Assembly (NCBI GenBank): GCA_040877915.1
Contig: JBBDNA010000008.1
Span: 37,846 to 101,845, forward strand
Length of the DNA: 64,000 nucleotides
Reading direction: 5' to 3'
From: Dehalococcoidia bacterium
GTDB lineage: Bacteria; Chloroflexota; Dehalococcoidia; SM23-28-2; RBG-16-64-32
Shown here one piece after another: positions 60,342 through 64,000 of the stretch. The stretch's first letter is position 1; each line of letters opens with the position of its first letter. The translations under genes were made by a program, and so were the position numbers. The notes beneath the pieces were generated by a model. That model saw only the letters and a program-made list of their open reading frames with translations, searched no databases and was not told the origin of the DNA.

Positions 60342-61898
60342 ATGCCCATCCACCTGCGAATCATGACGGTGTCCGCCGGCATCCTGGCCGTGGCGGTCCT
60401 CACGGCCTTTGCGGGCCTCCGGCTGGCCACGCCCGCACACGCCGCCGACATCGCCGTCAACACCACCGACGACGAAAACAACGTCGACGGCGACTGCTCT
60501 CTCCGCGAAGCAGTGGAGGCCGCCAACACGGACGCCGCCGTGGACGCCTGCACCGCCGGCGCCGGCGCGGACACCATCGCAGTTCCTGCTGGCACCTACC
60601 TACTGGAGACCGGCGAGCTGGAGATCACGACAGACGTCACGATCAACGGGGCCGGCGCCGCGGACACGATCGTCGACAACGCCGACGACACCGGTCGCGT
60701 GTTCAACGTCAACGAATCGGCGGCCACCGTTGTGATCAACGACCTCACAGTCCAGAACGGCCAATCGGGTGACGGCGGCGGCATCTGGACCAGCGGCACG
60801 CTAACTATCAACAACGTCGTCGTCCAGGACAGCTTCGCGGACGGAGACGGCGGCGGCATCTTCATCAGCGGCAGCGGCACGCTGAACGCGACCAACTGCC
60901 AGGTCATCAACAACGAGGCCGCGGATGAAGGCGGCGGCATCATGAACGAGGGTCCGGATACCCTCAACCTGAACGGCTGCCTGGTATCCGGAAACCACGC
61001 CAGCGACGACGGCGGCGGCATTGCCAACGTCTTCGACGCTACCGGAACGATCGACGGCAGCACGATCTCCGGCAACACCGCCGACAGCGACGGCGGCGGT
61101 ATCTACATCGACCAGTGCTGCGGCGTTGAACCTTTCGTCATCACCAACAGCACGATCAGCGGGAACACCAGCACCGGCGATGACGGCGGCGGCGTGAATG
61201 TGGAGGATGGTGAGGCGACAGTCACCAATGTGACGATCAGCGGCAACAGCGCAGCGGACACAGGGGGTGGCTTTCGGGTCGATGATGGCGCCTCGGCAGC
61301 ACTAACCAATGTGACGATCACAGGAAACTCGGCGGCACCCGACGGCGGCGGTGGAGTGGCGGCCATGGACGAGGGCGCGGCGACCCTGCTGAACACTATC
61401 GTCGCGGAGAACCCGGACGGCGACGATTGCGCGATCCTCGGCACGCTCACCTCCAGCGGCCACAACCTCTCGTCAGATGACTCCTGCGGCTTCACCGGGA
61501 CCGGTGACCAGATCAACACCGACCCGCTGCTCGAGGCGCTGGCCCTTAACGCCCCCGGCTCCACCCAGACCCACGCCCTCACCGCCGATAGCCCTGCCGT
61601 GGACACCGGCGACGACGCCGGCTGCCCCGCTACAGACCAGCGCGGCGTGACCCGCCCGCAGGACGGGGACGACGACGGTACCGCCGTCTGCGACGTCGGC
61701 GCGTACGAGCTTGAGGGGGCGGCGCCCACTCCAACGGCGGTTCCCATCGCCGCTACTCCCACCGCAGCCCCGGCCGAGCTGCCCGACACCGGCGGCACGC
61801 CCGCCTCCGACAGCAGCGTCCCCTGGCTCGGCCTCCTGGCGGCGATAGGCGCGGCGGCCGTCACCGGCGGCGCGCTCGCCGCCACGCGCCGCCGCTAG
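60342..61898 (+). CDS. beta-helix (choice-of-anchor-Q-like) surface protein with LPDTG anchor
   Basis: 518 aa. Signal ...ATPAHA|ADIAV. CSLREAVEAANTD. GGGI repeats. [65 protein letters not shown]. Confidence 0.8.
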   Translation: MPIHLRIMTVSAGILAVAVLTAFAGLRLATPAHAADIAVNTTDDENNVDGDCSLREAVEAANTDAAVDACTAGAGADTIAVPAGTYLLETGELEITTDVTINGAGAADTIVDNADDTGRVFNVNESAATVVINDLTVQNGQSGDGGGIWTSGTLTINNVVVQDSFADGDGGGIFISGSGTLNATNCQVINNEAADEGGGIMNEGPDTLNLNGCLVSGNHASDDGGGIANVFDATGTIDGSTISGNTADSDGGGIYIDQCCGVEPFVITNSTISGNTSTGDDGGGVNVEDGEATVTNVTISGNSAADTGGGFRVDDGASAALTNVTITGNSAAPDGGGGVAAMDEGAATLLNTIVAENPDGDDCAILGTLTSSGHNLSSDDSCGFTGTGDQINTDPLLEALALNAPGSTQTHALTADSPAVDTGDDAGCPATDQRGVTRPQDGDDDGTAVCDVGAYELEGAAPTPTAVPIAATPTAAPAELPDTGGTPASDSSVPWLGLLAAIGAAAVTGGALAATRRR

Positions 61899-61917
61899 CC
61901 CGAACCGCGAACCGCGC

Positions 61918-61949
61918 GGGGCCGCCCCGATGGCCATCGGGGCGGCCCC
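61918..61949 (+). terminator. GC-rich hairpin after cassette gene 4
   Basis: ggggccgccccg-atggccat-cggggcggcccc has the same stem as 56562-56593 and is followed by the T-rich tcttccttttcc. Confidence 0.55.
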
Positions 61950-62035
61950 TCTTCCTTTTCCGCCACCAAGGCCGTAACGTCCAGCGCTCTTCCCCGTTCT
62001 ACTGGTTGCCCCGCGTTACCCAAGGAGGGTTGTCT

Positions 62036-64000
62036 ATGACAGGCAATCTCGCCCGCTGGCTCCGCTGGACGCTCATAGCGACGGCCGCGCTCCTCCTGTT
62101 CGCGACCCAGGAACCGGCATCGCCCGTCCTCGCTACCGCCTTCACTGTCGACAGCACCGCCGACGCCGTCGACGCCAACCCCGGCGACGGCCTCTGCGAC
62201 GACGGCGCCGGCGCCTGCACGCTCCGCGCCGCTGTCCAGGAGACGAACGCCCTTCCCGGCGCCGACGCCATATCCCTGCCCGCCGGATCCTACACGCTCG
62301 CCATCCCCGGAACCGGCGAGGACGCCTCCGCCACCGGCGACCTCGACATCACGGACGACCTCACGCTCACCGGCGCCGGCGCAGACGCCACGATCATCGA
62401 CGGGGCAGGCCAGCACCGCGCGTTCCACATCGTCAACGCCGCAACGGTGCACATCGGCGATCTCGGCATCGTCAACGGATACGCAGGAGACGCCGACGGT
62501 CACGGTGGCGGCGTCTACAATCAGAGCGGCGACACCACCCTCACCGACGCGACCATCTCCGATAGCGAGGCGCCAGCCGGAGGTCTATCTGAGGGCGGCG
62601 GCGGCTTCGCCAACGCCGCCTCCGCCCAACTAAACAGGGTCAGAATTCACGACAACGAGGGATTCTTCGGCGGCGGCGTTCAAAACGAGCTCAGCGGCAC
62701 GCTGGATGTCCTCGACAGCGCTATCTATCGGAACCACTCCACCGACCGGGGCGGCGGCTTCGCCAACCACGGTGGCGTGATGACCATCAACTCCAGTTCG
62801 ATCTATGACAACACGGCAAGCGATGGAAGGCCGTCCGGCTTCAACGATGGCCCGCTTGAGATCGTTAACACCACGATCACCGGTAACTCTAGCGACTTCG
62901 GGGAAGGAGATGGGTTCGATACCGACGTTGCCGTCATCAGCTCTACCATCGCCGGCAACAATGCACCGGTCATGCACGTCATCGGCAGTTCGGTCGTAAA
63001 CTCAATCGTCGCAGAGAGCGATTGCCCTGAAGTCAACTCGCTCGGCCATAACATCTATGTCGCTTTCAGTTCGTCCTGCGTTCCCTCGCATCCAACGGAC
63101 GTGGTCGTGGACGATCCGCTCCTCCACCGCGTCGAGGGCGCGGACGGCCGCCTCACCCTCCAACCGTTCGCCGGCAGCCCCGCAATCGATGCCGGAGACG
63201 ACTCCGCCTGTCCGCCCGTCGATCAGCTAGCGCTCCCCAGACCCCGAGACGGTAACGGTGACGGCGTCGCGGTGTGCGACATCGGCGCCGTCGAGGTGCA
63301 AGAACCGGTGCTGGCCCCCACACCTGGGATCCCACCAGCCACTCCGGTCTGGGGCCAGCCTTTCCCGCTCAACACCAATGCTCAATCTGATACAGCTCAG
63401 GACAGCGCTCCTCAGATGGATACCGATGGCAAGGGAAACTGGATCGCCGTGTGCGTATCTGACGCCAACGTCCTCGCCTCGCGCTCAAGCGATAACGAAG
63501 ACATTTGGAGCGACCCTGTCTTGGTATCTCCCTCCGGATCGATAGCTGCCTCGGTGGTCACGGACGGCTCCGGAGTCTGGATCGCCGCATGGGATTCAAC
63601 GCTTGGCGCAGCTGGCAATTTGGGCGACGACACGGACATCTTCTTTGCGCGCTCGACAGACAACGGCGCTCACTGGTCGAAGCCCGAGCTTCTTAACGCC
63701 GACGCATCCACCGATACGGGACTAGAGGGCCTTGAGCTCACAGTGGGCCTCAGCGCGGTAGACGGCACCTGGGTAGCCGTCTGGTCCCGCTTTCAGAAGG
63801 GTTCGTTCATCGCTCGCTCGGCCGACGGTGAGACTTGGTCGGACCCGATTTCGTTAGGCATCGGAGGAGTGCTTGCTGGCCCTGCCGCGACCGACGGGCA
63901 AGGGAACTGGATGGTCGTTTGGGACGACACCGGCCTCAATGCGGGCGATGACTCCGAGGTGGTCTTCTCTGTCTCGAGCGATGATGGCGCTAGCTGGTCC
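62036..64000 (+). CDS. secreted beta-helix (CTLRAAV/choice-of-anchor-Q-like) + BNR/sialidase-like repeat protein, 3' end outside the window
   Basis: Open for 655 codons to the window edge, so it is absent from the ORF track. AAGGAGGG RBS and a signal-like N-terminus. GACTLRAAVQETNA. DQLALPRPRDGNGDGVAVCDIGAVE. BNR motifs STDNGAHW, SADGETW and SSDDGASW follow. Confidence 0.75.
   Translation, partial: MTGNLARWLRWTLIATAALLLFATQEPASPVLATAFTVDSTADAVDANPGDGLCDDGAGACTLRAAVQETNALPGADAISLPAGSYTLAIPGTGEDASATGDLDITDDLTLTGAGADATIIDGAGQHRAFHIVNAATVHIGDLGIVNGYAGDADGHGGGVYNQSGDTTLTDATISDSEAPAGGLSEGGGGFANAASAQLNRVRIHDNEGFFGGGVQNELSGTLDVLDSAIYRNHSTDRGGGFANHGGVMTINSSSIYDNTASDGRPSGFNDGPLEIVNTTITGNSSDFGEGDGFDTDVAVISSTIAGNNAPVMHVIGSSVVNSIVAESDCPEVNSLGHNIYVAFSSSCVPSHPTDVVVDDPLLHRVEGADGRLTLQPFAGSPAIDAGDDSACPPVDQLALPRPRDGNGDGVAVCDIGAVEVQEPVLAPTPGIPPATPVWGQPFPLNTNAQSDTAQDSAPQMDTDGKGNWIAVCVSDANVLASRSSDNEDIWSDPVLVSPSGSIAASVVTDGSGVWIAAWDSTLGAAGNLGDDTDIFFARSTDNGAHWSKPELLNADASTDTGLEGLELTVGLSAVDGTWVAVWSRFQKGSFIARSADGETWSDPISLGIGGVLAGPAATDGQGNWMVVWDDTGLNAGDDSEVVFSVSSDDGASWS

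Noticed and set aside
1-64000. Scan for rRNA, tRNA, tmRNA, integrase/transposase genes and CRISPR-cas
   Set aside because: All intergenic gaps over 100 bp were read on both strands. None shows a tRNA cloverleaf with T-loop GTTCGAATC-like sequence, rRNA segments, or recombinase/transposase motifs. A tool-based scan (tRNAscan-SE, Infernal) is still advisable.

Overview
Very GC-rich bacterial chromosomal window. Spot counts of single 60-nt lines give about 73% GC in typical genes. It is gene-dense, with about 55 credible CDS. I recognised no rRNA, tRNA, CRISPR array, IS element or integrase. Many long ORFs in the six-frame track are antisense 'shadow' ORFs typical of high-GC DNA and are not reported. 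The backbone is housekeeping and metabolic: dinB, ruvB, rimI, a LOG-family protein, an HD-GYP/GAF membrane protein, an SDR/DegT/Gfo-Idh-MocA trio, a fused membrane Fe-S oxidoreductase, a P450, a gltD-like protein and an ABC exporter pair. There is also a CoA-centred cluster with four crotonases, an acyl-CoA synthetase, two family-III CoA-transferases around an Ntn-hydrolase-like gene, and F420-type enzymes. Accessory or unusual content: (1) A degraded phage structural module (HK97-like capsid, spike-like, adaptor-like and tail-hub-like genes, with no terminase, portal or integrase) is split by a visibly lower-GC island (45-48% in two spot-counted lines). The island carries a lone ~1,400-aa DUF4011/Upf1-like helicase fused to a PD-(D/E)xK-type nuclease and a DUF3320-like tail. 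This is my best candidate for an undescribed or poorly described defence-type system. (2) Two clusters (3 genes on the minus strand, 5 on the plus strand) encode secreted proteins ending in an extended LPDTG...PWL-TM-RRR sorting signal. Four plus-strand genes form tandem cassettes that share the hairpin terminator, -35/-10 promoter, 5'UTR, signal peptide and anchor but differ in their passenger domains. (3) A probable ydaO-type (c-di-AMP) riboswitch with an intrinsic terminator lies in front of a 66-aa zinc-ribbon ORF. (4) A family of GC-rich hairpin/MITE-like repeats occurs at several sites. One copy sits in frame inside a class III cyclase domain, and another insertion duplicated the start codon of a crotonase gene. 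(5) A pair of small paralogous ORFs is separated by an 89-bp tandem repeat. The taxon cannot be fixed from sequence alone. High GC, F420-linked families and LPXTG-type anchors fit a monoderm-like lineage such as Chloroflexota or Actinomycetota (inference only). All domain calls rest on motif recognition by eye, and no searches were run.
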